A stretch of 64,000 nt of DNA from Macrostomum lignano (Eukaryota): contig NIVC01003527.1 in the NCBI GenBank assembly GCA_002269645.1, positions 1-64,000 of the forward strand, read 5' to 3'. Positions 13,216 to 24,398 of this stretch are shown here, one piece after another. Every line of letters starts with the position of its first letter. The stretch's first letter is position 1. Both the position numbers and the translations under genes were made by a program. The notes beneath the pieces are model-generated. The model saw nothing but the letters and a program-made list of their open reading frames with translations. It was not told the DNA's origin and ran no database searches.

Positions 13216-13639
13216 GCAAATATTTATTTACACCTGCTGATCAAGTGCTTGGCGTCGTGTAGATCTATAGCTAACGCACTGTTACACTGTTTATATTGCT
13301 TGCTTCAAACCCAAATTCTGTGGACACTGTCAGGGGCTGCCAAAATACATGTAGAGTATAGAGAGTATTCTATACAGCAGTGTGTGATTGCTTCGCGCCT
13401 GTGCTGCGCCATTGACGCTTCATGAGGCGCTGAAAGGCCTTTCAGATCGATGCGAGTTTTACGAGCTAAAGCAAAATTTGACAGGTTTTCAGTAATCCCG
13501 GATGTTCGGGAGCGAATCCGTCAATCGCATCGCATAAATAATCTTTTGTAATACAAAACTGAACTGCCTATATCACAAGAACGAGATGAATGAGCTGCAG
13601 CCGTTCTTGCATATCTGAAAATAGCTAGCATGCTGTGCA

Positions 13640-14690
13640 GATAGATAGATAGATAGATGGACAGATGGATAGATAGATGGACAGATGGATAGACGGATAG
13701 ATAAATGGACAGATGGATAGATAGATGGACAGATGGGTAGATGGACAGGTGGATAGATGGATAGATAGATGGACAGATGGATAGATAGATAGACAGATGG
13801 ATAGATAGATGGACAGATGGGTAGATGGACAGGTGGATAGATGGACAGGTGGATAGATGGATAGATAGATGGACAGATGGATAGATAGATGGACAGATGG
13901 ATAGATAGATGGACAGATAGGTAGATGGATAGATGGATAGATAGATGGACAGATGGATAGATAGATGGACAGATGGATAGATGGATAGATAGATGGACAG
14001 ATGGATAGATGGATAGATAGATGGACAGGTGGATAGATCGATAGATAGATGGACAGGTGGATAGATGGATAGATAGATGGACAGGTGGATAGATGGACAG
14101 ATGGATAGATGGACAGGTGGATAGATGGATAGATAGATGGACAGATAGATAGATGGAAAGATGGATAGATGGATAGATAGATGGACAGGTGGATAGATGG
14201 ATAGATAGATGGACAGGTGGATAGATGGACAGATGGATAGATGGACAGGTAGATAGATGGATAGATAGATGGACAGATGGATAGATGGATAGATGGATGG
14301 ATAGATAGATAGATGGAAAGATGGATAGATAGATAGATAGATGGATAGATAGATAGATGGACAGATGGATAGATAGAAGGACAGGTGGATTGATGGATAG
14401 ATAGATGGACAGGTGGATAGATGGATAGATAGATGGACAGGTGGATAGATAGATAGATGGATAGATGGATAGATAGATGGGCAGGTGGATAGATGGATAG
14501 ATAGATGGACAGGTGGATAGATAGATAGATGGATAGATGGATAGATGGATAGATAGATGGACAGGTGGATAGATAGATAGATGGATAGATGGATAGATAG
14601 ATGGGCAGGTGGATAGATGGATAGATAGATGGACAGGTGGATAGATAGATAGATGGATAGATGGATAGATGGATAGATGGATAGATAGAT
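13640..14690. repeat. Compound GATA/GATG/GACA microsatellite
   Basis: Direct inspection. Confidence 0.95.
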
Positions 14691-14734
14691 CCGCTCGTAG
14701 TTGCGACCGACGTGATGGACATTTAGAAAATTTA

Positions 14735-14800
14735 ATTGGAGGAAGGCAGAGCAGCTCAGCAGTCAAAGGGTCCCTTGGTTCGATTCCCTGCGCGGCCACA
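14735..14800 (+). other. Degenerate tRNA-like (Pol III B-box) fragment, possible SINE head
   Basis: GGTTCGATTCC B box preceded by a weak A-box-like segment (GGAAGGCAGAGC); no complete cloverleaf. Confidence 0.3.
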
Positions 14801-15211
14801 CATATATTCGGGACTTGTGTGCGCTAAATTTTGCCACGGCAGTGCTCAGATATAAAGAAACAAAATATAAGATCACACAGCTTTAGTTACAAGCAGAGAT
14901 CTTGAAAACTAATCCCAACGACTTGGGTGCAATCGATTGATTGATTGATCGATTACCCAACTCCCGATTGCGAAGGATGAGAAAATGAAAAAAAATAGGC
15001 CATTTATCATTGAGAGAACTCGAGACAAGGACTTGATTTATAAGGATGCCTCATATAATAGTTGAGGTACTGAATAAGTTCATACTTTTATTACCGTTTA
15101 GAGAGCCGATTTAAAGTACAAAATTTATCGATCAATCGCGAGAATAAATAGAAAAAAATCATGATATTGCCTATGAAAAATTAAACAAAAAATCGACACA
15201 ATTTACCAAGA

Positions 15212-15772
15212 CAGGGGCGTCGCCATGGATTTTATGGTGGGGGGGGACAAAGCCAAGAATTCTAGATGTACAATTGTAAATGTACATTCTTCAGAATCGG
15301 TGTTGTCAGCGCTGATTTTGGCGCCGCAGGCACTAATTTTAGCGCTATAGGCACTAATTTTGGCGCCACATGCACTCATTTTGGCGCCGCAGACACTCAT
15401 TTTGGCGCCGCAGACACTCATTTTGGCGCCGCAGACACTCATTTCGGCGCCGCAGACACTCATTTTGGCGCCGCAGGCACTCATTTTAGCGCCAAAGGCA
15501 CTAATTTTGGCGCCACTGACACTCATTTTGGGGCCGCAGGCACTCATTTTAGCGCCACTGACACTCATTGTGGCGCCGCAGACACTCATTTTGGCGCCGC
15601 AGGCACTCATTGTGGCGCCGCAGACACTCAATTTAACGCAAAATTATTGATTATTGATTTCTGGTTAGAAGGTTGGGTGGGGGGACAAAACATTGGCATG
15701 TCCCCCCACCCCCCATAGCTTTTACTTGCAGGACATAACCTCCTTGTCCCCCCCCATCTGGCGACGCCCCTA
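15212..15772. mobile_element. hAT-like MITE (TIR (C/T)AGGGGCGTCGCCA) carrying an internal 21-bp minisatellite
   Basis: Left end CAGGGGCGTCGCCA, right end TGGCGACGCCCCTA. Internal GGCGCCGCAGACACTCATTTT repeats at about 15310-15630. A second copy starts at 59066. No TSD found. Confidence 0.75.
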
Positions 15773-15934
15773 AACACACTACTACATACTGCTCTCAGTA
15801 GCAAGTAGTGGTAAAAAACGGAATAATATAATTGGGATTTTGCAGCAATCAAACTGGGCTCCGATCAATTTTATTGTTTAGTTTAAATTGAACCCAGCCC
15901 CCCAGACCAATTAGCAGGTAATTAAGGTGCTCGC

Positions 15935-16243
15935 TCACTCGGAGCTGAAGAATGCCAGCTCATCGCTGGCGGACTTCTCGGCCTGAATGCCGTGCAGAGC
16001 CGGCGGCTCGTTGGTGTGAGGCAGCGGCTTGAACACGCGGATGTGGACAAACGAATCGCTGCCAATGTGCACCTTGGCAAAGTAGTTGGTTCCGGCCACC
16101 ACCTGGGTGGCAACTAGGCGAGGCTCGAATTGTTCGACCGAACGGCCGAGGCGGGACTCAACATGGGGTCGCATGGCAACTAGGAGTTCGACCTCTTCGG
16201 GTGACGGCTGGCGAGCCTCTCCGGTTCCTCCGCACAGTGGCAT
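15935..16243 (-). CDS. Type-1 cystatin (stefin, cystatin-A/B-like), intronless, 102 aa
   Basis: N-terminal GG, QVVAG motif, TNYFAKVHIG, HIRVFKPLP, C-terminal DELAFF; no signal peptide. Confidence 0.93.
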   Translation of the reverse strand: MPLCGGTGEARQPSPEEVELLVAMRPHVESRLGRSVEQFEPRLVATQVVAGTNYFAKVHIGSDSFVHIRVFKPLPHTNEPPALHGIQAEKSASDELAFFSSE

Positions 16244-16329
16244 TTTCGGGTGCTGCTGGTGCTGCGGGGTTGCTGAGGTAACTGGGGGCGATTATCCCAA
16301 GACAACTATGACGATTATCTAAGAAATCT

Positions 16330-16850
16330 AGGGGATATTATTTTTGAAAACTGAAAACTTGCTTCAAAAACGGAGGCGATGTTTCTAAGAAAACGGGGAG
16401 ATTATGCCACAAAAACGGAGGTGATTTTTTCAAGAAAACTGGGGCGATTATTCTTAGAAAACCTGGGCGACTATTCCAAAACTATAGTGATTATTGATTA
16501 TTCTAAGAAAACTGGGTCGATTATTCCAAGAAAACTGGGTCGATTATTCTAAGAAAACTGGGTCGATTATTCCAAGAAAACTGGGTCGATTATTCTAAGA
16601 AAACTGGGTCGATTTTTCTAAGAAAACTGGGTCGATTATTGTAAGAAAACTGGGTCGATTATTCCAAGAAAACTGGGTCGATTATTCTAAGAAAACTGGG
16701 TCGATTATTCTAAGAAAACTGGGTCGATTATTCTAAGAAAACTGGGTCGATTATTCCAAGATGAGGGGGTTTTTGCAGGGAATCTGGGGTTAATATTCTA
16801 AGAAATTAGGGCGATTATTTCAAGAAATCTAGGGCGCCTATTCTAAGAAA
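16330..16850. repeat. 23-bp minisatellite AAGAAAACTGGGTCGATTATTCT
   Basis: Direct inspection, with degenerate flanking units. Confidence 0.9.
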
Positions 16851-17334
16851 ACGGTATGATCATTAAAGAATCTTAATTGTAACCTGTTTAATAAGTAAAA
16901 AATAAATAAGCAGAAAGTGTAATAACGCACAGAAGAAAAATGCTGCAAAGAATTTCACCAAAGGCGCATTAAAAAACGCAGGTTTAATTTTTAACATAAC
17001 ACTACTAAGTAAGTAATGGGAATATCAGGAATTTACGGTACATGAACTTGAATGCAACAGGGTGGCATGATGTGCAACCTCATACGAAGCACATTGTACA
17101 CAACTAGGTCACATATAGCACAGAGGTATTAATTTACTTTGATCTAACGAATGAAAAATGGATACCAGAACAGGTATTAGCATGAGCAGCTTTGATGCCC
17201 CCAGATTGGCGGGCATGGCCAATAATCTGTGGGACTCAGATTAACTGATTATCCCATCGATTAGGCAATCCGTCTGATTAATCAATTCGTCAACACAGCT
17301 TGATCAGCTGCTCAGTCATCCAAATGATTAACAA

Positions 17335-17985
17335 AAATCTACCAATCAACCAGCCAATCAATCAACCAATCAATCAACTTATCGATCAACCAGCCAACAA
17401 ATCGATCAACTTATCAACAAGCCAATCAATCAGCTAACCAGCCAATCAATCAACCAGCCAATCAATCAACCAGCCAATCAATCAACCAATCAATCAACTT
17501 ATCGATCAACCAGCCAACAAATCGATCAACTTATCAACAAGCCAATCAATCAGCTAACCAGCCAATCAATCAACCAGCCAATCAATCAACCAGCCAATCA
17601 ACCAATCAATCAAACAAATCAATCAACCAGCCAATTAATAAACAACCCAATCAATCAATCAACCGATTAACCACCCAATCAATCAATCAATCAACCGATT
17701 AACCACCCAATCAATCAATCAATCAACCGATTAACCACCCAATCAATCAATCAATCAACCGATTAACCACCCAATCAATCAATCAATCAACCGATTAACC
17801 ACCCAATCAATCAATCAATCAGCCACCCAACCACCCAATCAATCAATCAATCAACCGATTAACCACCCAATCAATCAATCAATCAACCGATTAACCACCC
17901 AATCAATCAATCAATCAATCAACCGATTAACCACCCAATCAATCAATCAACCAGCCAATAAACCAACAAACCAACCCATCAAGCC
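17335..17985. repeat. (AATC)/(AACC) compound microsatellite with higher-order units
   Basis: Direct inspection. Confidence 0.92.
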
Positions 17986-18054
17986 ATGTGCGCTCGTACC
18001 AAACAGGTCAGAATTCCAACAAATTCATTCAGCCGCAACTAAACAAAATTTCAA

Positions 18055-18081
18055 TCAAGCCTTGCTGTTCCGCTTTGACTT

Positions 18082-18123
<42 letters not shown>

Positions 18124-20001
18124 CTTGCCAGGCGCTCTGGCAGCATTGAAGTAAGCCGGCAGCTGAGGCTTGGGAAAAGTGGCATGGCAAGTTGTGCAGA
18201 GCGGAGTGTAGCTGCAGTACACGGACAGGCAGATGGAGCAGACGTGAGCGATTGACACCAGCTTTCTATGGCAGAAACAGGCCGGCCGAGAGTCGCTCGG
18301 CCCCAACGATGGTGGCAAAGTTAAGGAGGCCTGTCTGACGGCCGGCTCGGCTAAGAACAGGCTGAGCAGGCACTGCAGCAGAGCGCTGGGCCGGGGCAGG
18401 CGAAGATAGAAACCGCCAGACAGCTCAGCGGCCTGGCGAAGCAACGTGGAATCCGACTGGAAATAAAATGAAGCAAAGAATTTCGAATTCATACTAATAG
18501 TAGCTTAAATACAGAAAATGATTCATCAATGAAAAGTCCAAACGATTTTTCTAGATTAGTTAATTTTTACTTAATAATATTATTTTTGTATTTTTAGCTA
18601 AATATTCATATATTTTTACTGAAAGTAGCTTGAAAGCTCAAATCGTTTTAAGTTTGTTCAAACATGTAAGTAATGACGTAACATGCCTGAGCAATACAAA
18701 AAATTAATAAATAAGACTCACAGATATAACGCACGCGTCAATAGGAATCTGACGCTTCTGCGCGGCGAAGACCGCATTCATCAGCGCCATGTACTGGGAG
18801 GCCTCGTCGCGACAGCCGCGCAGAAGCAGCACCCTGGAAGCCAGCCGTACGCCGGGCTGTATTTCTCGCTCCCGTCTGGCAATGTAGCACAGAGCCTTCA
18901 CTAAGCAGCCGGCCATGCAGACTGACAGGCGCAGTTTCTCGGGTTGCACTGAGCGCATTAAAGAATCAGCGGCATCTTTCACGCAGTCGTTCATTGCGGT
19001 GAAGCATTCCAGTTTGGCACCGTCGGATTGAGCCGGGCCCTGTTGGCTGAGGGGCACTCCGCCAGGTGGCGACTGAGCAGCGGGGTAGAGGAACTGAGTC
19101 TGCGGGAAAGGAAAAGAAAACTAATTTAGCTACAATGCAATTTAGAACTTTGTGGATAAATAAGCATACAAATCCAGGTGAAAATTATGGGATTTGGGAG
19201 TTTGAGTTGATATATATATATATATAATATAATATTTATGTTTATATATTTATATGTTTATGTTTATATGTTTATTGTTTATATATATATACTCGTATAT
19301 TAGAATTAGAATAGGCACATCAATGATTAGCATGAAGGTTTTGGATAAGCATAGGAATCAGGCAATGTACGATGGGATTTCATCTGACGGATAAGGATGG
19401 GGATCTAAGGGACAAATATAGGATATGAGGGATAAGAATGGGGATCTAAGGGATAAGGATGGGGATCTGGGTGATCTGGGTGGGGGATAAGGATGGAGAT
19501 CTGGGTGGGGGATAAGGATGGGGATCTGGGTGGGGGATAAGGATGGGGATCTGGGTGGGGGATAAGAACGGCGATCTGAGGGATAAGAATGATGATCTGA
19601 TGGATAAGAACTGGGATCTAATAGATACGCATGAGACCAGATTAGTGTTGGGCTCTGGGAGATTAGAAAGTGGATCTATGGGATTGGCATAAGGGGTGTT
19701 GATATTTAGATCTGATGGAAATCTAGCAGATTGCAATGGAGATTTACTAAAGGATGAACATGAAAGCTTTGGGGATGTGCTCACTATTTGGTCAACAACT
19801 AGCAAATTTCCATACCTGCTCTCCACAGACGCCTAACAAAGCAACTTCATTGCCCGGCTGTACCAGGAGGTGAGCATTGGCAAAGGTGAGCACCGACTGC
19901 AGCATCCGACACACGTCAGTGTCGGTTTGGAGCCCCCACCAAGCCGGATTGAGGTCCAGCACCAGCACCAAGAGATGCCGATCGGGTGTTGATGAGGACA
20001 T
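18055..20001 (-). CDS. GTF2H3: General transcription factor IIH subunit 3 (p34/Tfb4), 3 exons, 321 aa
   Basis: Exons 20001-19816, 19099-18722 and 18456-18055, all phase 0 with GT/AG boundaries. Motifs: LLVLVLDLNP, FANAHL..PGNEVA, GCLVKALCYI, QYMALMNAVFAAQK..IPIDAC, LRQAAELSGGFY and the C-terminal CFCH..VCSICLSVYC..C..C zinc finger. A (GGC)n tract encodes a C-terminal poly-Gly. Confidence 0.96.
19385..19625. repeat. 25-bp G-rich minisatellite GGATGGGGATCTGGGTGGGGGATAA
   Basis: Lies in GTF2H3 intron 1. Confidence 0.85.
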
Positions 20002-20005
20002 TAAA

Positions 20006-20278
20006 TTAAATAAAATCCAACCAGAGCTGAACTAATTCAGACTCGAGATCAGATAGTCGAACTTCAACAACTTTTGGATCGGAGGGCTCAGCTTCATCAA
20101 ATTCGTCTTCTTTATTCTTCTTCTTTTGCTGCTTTTGCTTGGCCTCGGCGGCGGCCAATCTGGCTTTGGCGGCTCCGGCCGCCCTCACCGCGCACTCTTC
20201 GGCGAACAGGCGAATGAGCTCGTTGCACTGCCGGGCCGCCTCGGGCTGGACTGCAGGGGCGGGGTGGGACAGCTTAGC
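20006..20278 (-). CDS. Putative terminal coding exon of an unidentified gene
   Basis: GC-rich non-repetitive open frame AKLSHPAPAVQPEAARQCNELIRLF...KKKNKEDEFDE...ELVQLWLDFI* following a pyrimidine tract and AAG acceptor. Upstream exons not located; product not recognised. Confidence 0.55.
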   Translation of the reverse strand, partial: AKLSHPAPAVQPEAARQCNELIRLFAEECAVRAAGAAKARLAAAEAKQKQQKKKNKEDEFDEAEPSDPKVVEVRLSDLESELVQLWLDFI

Positions 20279-20304
20279 CTTCAGGGAGTGAAGGGAGTGA
20301 AGCA

Positions 20305-21065
20305 ACTGAGGATCTGGGAGGCTGGCCTAGCAACTGAGGATCTGGGAGGCTGGCCTAGCACTGAGGATCTGGGAGGCTGGCCTAGCAACTGACACTCTGG
20401 GAGGCTTGCCTAGCAACTGAGGATCTGGGAGGCTGGCCTAACAACTGACACTCTGGGAGGCTGGCCTAGCAACTGAGGATCTGGGAGGCTGGCCTAGCAA
20501 CTGAGGATCTGGGAGGCTGGTGGCCCAGCAACTGACACTCTGGGAGGCTGGCCTAGCAACTGAGGATCTGGGAGGCTGGCCCAGCAACTGACACTCTGGG
20601 AGGCTGGCCCAGCAACTGACACTCTGGGAGGCTGGCCTAGCAACTGGGGATCTGGGAGGCTGGCCCAGCAACTGAGGATCTGGGAGGCTGGCCTAGCAAC
20701 TGAGGATCTGGGAGGCTGGCCTAGCAACTGACACTCTGGGAGGCTGGCCTAGCAACTGAGGATCTGGGAGGCTGGCCCAGCAACTGACACTCTGGGAGGC
20801 TGGCCTAGCAACTGAGGATCTGGGAGGGTGGCACAGCAACTGAGGATCTGGGAGGGTGACACAGCAACTGAGGACCTGGGAGGCTGGTACAGCAACTGAC
20901 ACTCTGGGAGGCTGGCCTAGCAACTGAGGATCTGGGAGGCTGGCCCAGCAACTGAGGATCTGGGAGGCTGGCCCAGCAACTGACACTCTGGGAGGCTGGC
21001 CCAGCAACTGAGGATCTGGGAGGCTGGCCCAGCAACTGAGGATCTGGGAGGCTGGTCTAGCAATC
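20305..21065. repeat. 28-bp minisatellite GATCTGGGAGGCTGGCCTAGCAACTGAG
   Basis: Direct inspection; reverse complement of the array at 42225-42840. Confidence 0.95.
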
Positions 21066-22850
21066 TGTAAGGATTCTAGCCTAGATGATCTAGAGGGTTC
21101 TGACAGTTTGATTATATAAATATAACTCACTTTTAACTTTGTTTTCCTGTAGAAAGCTTTTTACCAAGTCAAGATTTGACCAGCTCATGCAATATGAGGC
21201 AGTAAAAAAATTAAAACAAAACTGCCTTTTGAATAATTACAACAATAAGTTTAATTACCAATGCTATAAATGCTAAGTATAGAATGTCATGAGGGAAAAA
21301 TATTATATAAAATTTATTTCAAGACTACATTCTGGCATAGGAACACATATTTCTGCATAACTTGCCTTGATGAGGATAAATCTAAACAGTAATGCAAAAT
21401 CTTTTAATGACAGAACACCTTGAGAGAGGCACGGGAAAAGATGGCATTAATGGGCAAAATTGCAAATCAAGCTAAGTCCCATGTTGGCTCAGTTTATTCA
21501 AACCAGATTGTTTGTCTTAATATATTAAAAAAGTTTTCATATCATAGGTATATTAATATTAGGCATATATGTGATCAAATTTAGCAAAAATAGCTCAACA
21601 AATTTTCCTTAAATTTGTACAATTCAATTAAAATTTTCTAATTTAGAAGCATTTGACATTGTTAATATAGGCCTATAAAATAATAATTAGGCCTATACTT
21701 TCTAAACTTAGACCTAGCCACTGCCACTGTAGCCTTCAATATACAATATATATTTATAAATGACAAGCTATTGAAACCCACAGATTTTGAACCCAGGGAA
21801 TTCCAATCCCTGGAACTATTTTGCCTGTGTTCTAAAATCTAAAGTCATCACAAACAAAAACTTGTTAATAGTTAGTAGGATATAGGCAAACATAAAATGG
21901 AGTACATTTGTATAAAGTTAGGATTTAAGACAAACATTGATTTTGTTGGCTAGGATACTGCGCAGAATGTCAGGCAATGTCTGTTTGATTCTAAAACATG
22001 TATTGGTAAACTCTGGCCTCTGCCTCTGACACTCCCTATGTCCCTTGGATCCTTTGAAACTTCTTCTTCTTCTTCTCTTCTGTTTCTTCTTTTCTCTCTT
22101 GTCCCTTGTCTCTCGTCTCTCTTATATCTTTTCTCCTTTTTCCTCTCTCTTCTCTTCTCTTTGATCTCTTTTTTCCTCTCTCCTCTCCTCTTTAATCTCT
22201 CGTCTGCTCTCTCATCTCTCCTTTCTTCTCTTTTATCTCTTCTCATTTTTCTCTACTCCCTACTCTCTTCTTTTCCCCTCTTCTCATTCTTCACTCTCCC
22301 CTCTCTTAACACTTCCATCTTCTCTCCTCTTGTAGCACGCGAAGGCGTATTCAGCATGCCAGTGAAGTATGAGACAGACTAGGCCCATGGGCTAAGGTCT
22401 GCGATGCTTCACGCCTGCCCCTATCTTCAGCAGGTCAAGGCTGGTGGGAGGTCTGCACCCTCTATTTGCCTCTGGCAGCCGCAGACCCCCCCACGCTGTC
22501 TCGCAAGTCGACCCAGGGTACTCATCCCTGCGTGTGTTCAAGGCAGTCCCTAGGGCTGCTGGACAGACTGGGCTCCAGCGCTGGCGACCCTATCCAGTGG
22601 CTTCGGCCGAATTTGGGTATGCGGGTCTGGCTTGCCAACCTGCAGGCCGTGGTACTGCTCAACGTACTCTCTAATGCCTAAGGTGTTGACCATGCCGATG
22701 GGCTGGAAGGCTGGGGAGTAGTCCGGTCGCAAGCGGTCCCCCTCCTGGTGTCGGGCCAGCCTTGAGGGTGCTATTGGCCTACTGCCCGGTCAGGTGGAGC
22801 GGCCGGGTGGGTACCGCGCCCCTTTGAGGGTAGCCCACCAACCTTTTATC

Positions 22851-24359
22851 ATGGCCTTTGAGCCGTTTATGGATAATCAAGCTAACTCTAGGGACGGGGA
22901 CCCTTCTAAACCCCAACCTCAGTCCGAAGGACCGGCCAGCTCTGCTGGCAGATCCCAACCAACTGATTCAACTGTGGCAAAGGAAGGACCGGCTGGCTCT
23001 GCTGGCAGATCCGACCAGAGCTACCAAACTCAAAATACCCAAAGACCTGCCAGCTCCACTGGTGGATATAAGGGAACCGCGAGCTCTGAGCCTAAAGGAC
23101 CGGCCAAATCTGGCAGATCCGATGAAGCTCAGCGGGCTCGGCTTGAGCGCAAATGCGCTAAACAATGCGCCAAAAGGCAGGCCAAGAAGGGAGCTGCGGG
23201 GGCCAAAGCGGCGGCGTCCACCATGGATGCTGAAGCGACTGGAGCCCCAAGGCAACCAGGCGGGCCGGCCGGTGGAAGCTCCAGTAGTTCAGCGGCGGCG
23301 CTCCCTGGAGCTGCTGCCGCGGCTGCTGAGGCCAAAACCACGGCGCAACAAATGGCCACTGCCAACAAGGAGGTTCCTTCGGGAGCTACCTTTGAGGCGA
23401 AGGCCAAGGCCAAAATCCCGGGAGTGATCATCCAAGGTCGCGACCAGGACTGGACCACTGATCAGCTTCAAAAAGTGTGGAGTGCTGTTGACTCCTATCT
23501 GATTGAGCTGACTGTCGAGGAGGGAATCTACATCGGCATTGAGCGGATGGTGCTACGAAGCACATTTGTTCTTATTGCTCCTAGCAGCGAGGAGGACGCT
23601 TGGCAGCTGCTCCAGCGGCTACCGACGGTCTCCTTGGATGCTGACCTTGGCGGAGCTCTTTTTCTTCGCGAGGGCCAGCGTCCAAAGACGATACCCTATG
23701 TGGTTTTCGTCCCTGCTAAGAGCACCGCAGCTGGACCAGACGTTATTCGCCGGGTCCTACTGCGTCTAAACCCCGACCTCCCTGCTAGTGGACTGGTGTA
23801 TCACCGTAAAGTCCGCAGGGGGGAGACGGGCAACTCAATTGTCCTCGGCCTTTCCAGCAATTGGGCGAGTCGGTACCCTAATGGATCCTCTTTCTAGCTG
23901 GGTGCCCTCAAGCTCAAGATGCGCCGAGGAAAGTCTGCCAAAGGGAAGGCTACTGCCAACCCCGGCATCTCCGGCAAGAGCGGGGCGCAGTCTAAGGCCC
24001 AAGGAAAGGCGCAAGCCGATCCCAAAGCCAAAGCTGCATCTCGCCCCTCTGCTAGCAGCAGTTCGGCGACCGTGGTAACGGCTCCGGCCAAGCCCTGGGA
24101 ACCAAACCTGCCAGTCGGAGAAGGAGTTGAGGACGAGGCCGGGTCTTCGGAATCCGAGCTCTCCTCGGCCACCCTGGTGGGGTCTGAAGGTAAAGATGCA
24201 GGTGAGGAAGCTTTCTCCATCCTGTCATCGGAGCCTGAGGACTCTGCTGGGGGGGGGGCCAGTGGGGGTGAGGAGGCCATGGACGTCGACCAACTCCCAT
24301 CTCCCAGTCAAGCCCCAGCGGCCTGGGATGAGGACGATCTGTTGTCCAAGTCTCCTTGA
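22851..24359 (+). pseudogene. LINE ORF1 (gag-like, DUF4780-like central domain) with one in-frame TAG at 23895-23897
   Basis: ORFs 22794..23897 and 23919..24359 share a frame (GSSF*LGALKLKMRR). First ATG at 22851. The segment YVVFVP...VLLRLNPDLP resembles insect Loa ORF1 (family assignment from memory). Confidence 0.7.
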
Positions 24360-24398
24360 TGGCCCTGGGCTCTAGCCAGAAATTGCATTTAATACAGT

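Noticed and set aside
12358-14799. Multiple 200-400 aa ORFs
   Set aside because: All fall in the 23-bp and GATA-type tandem arrays.
21131-21190. Possible upstream exon (MSWSNLDLVKSFLQENKVK, GTGAGT donor) for the unknown 20-kb gene
   Set aside because: AT-rich, and it fits only by using an acceptor inside the minisatellite; no independent support.
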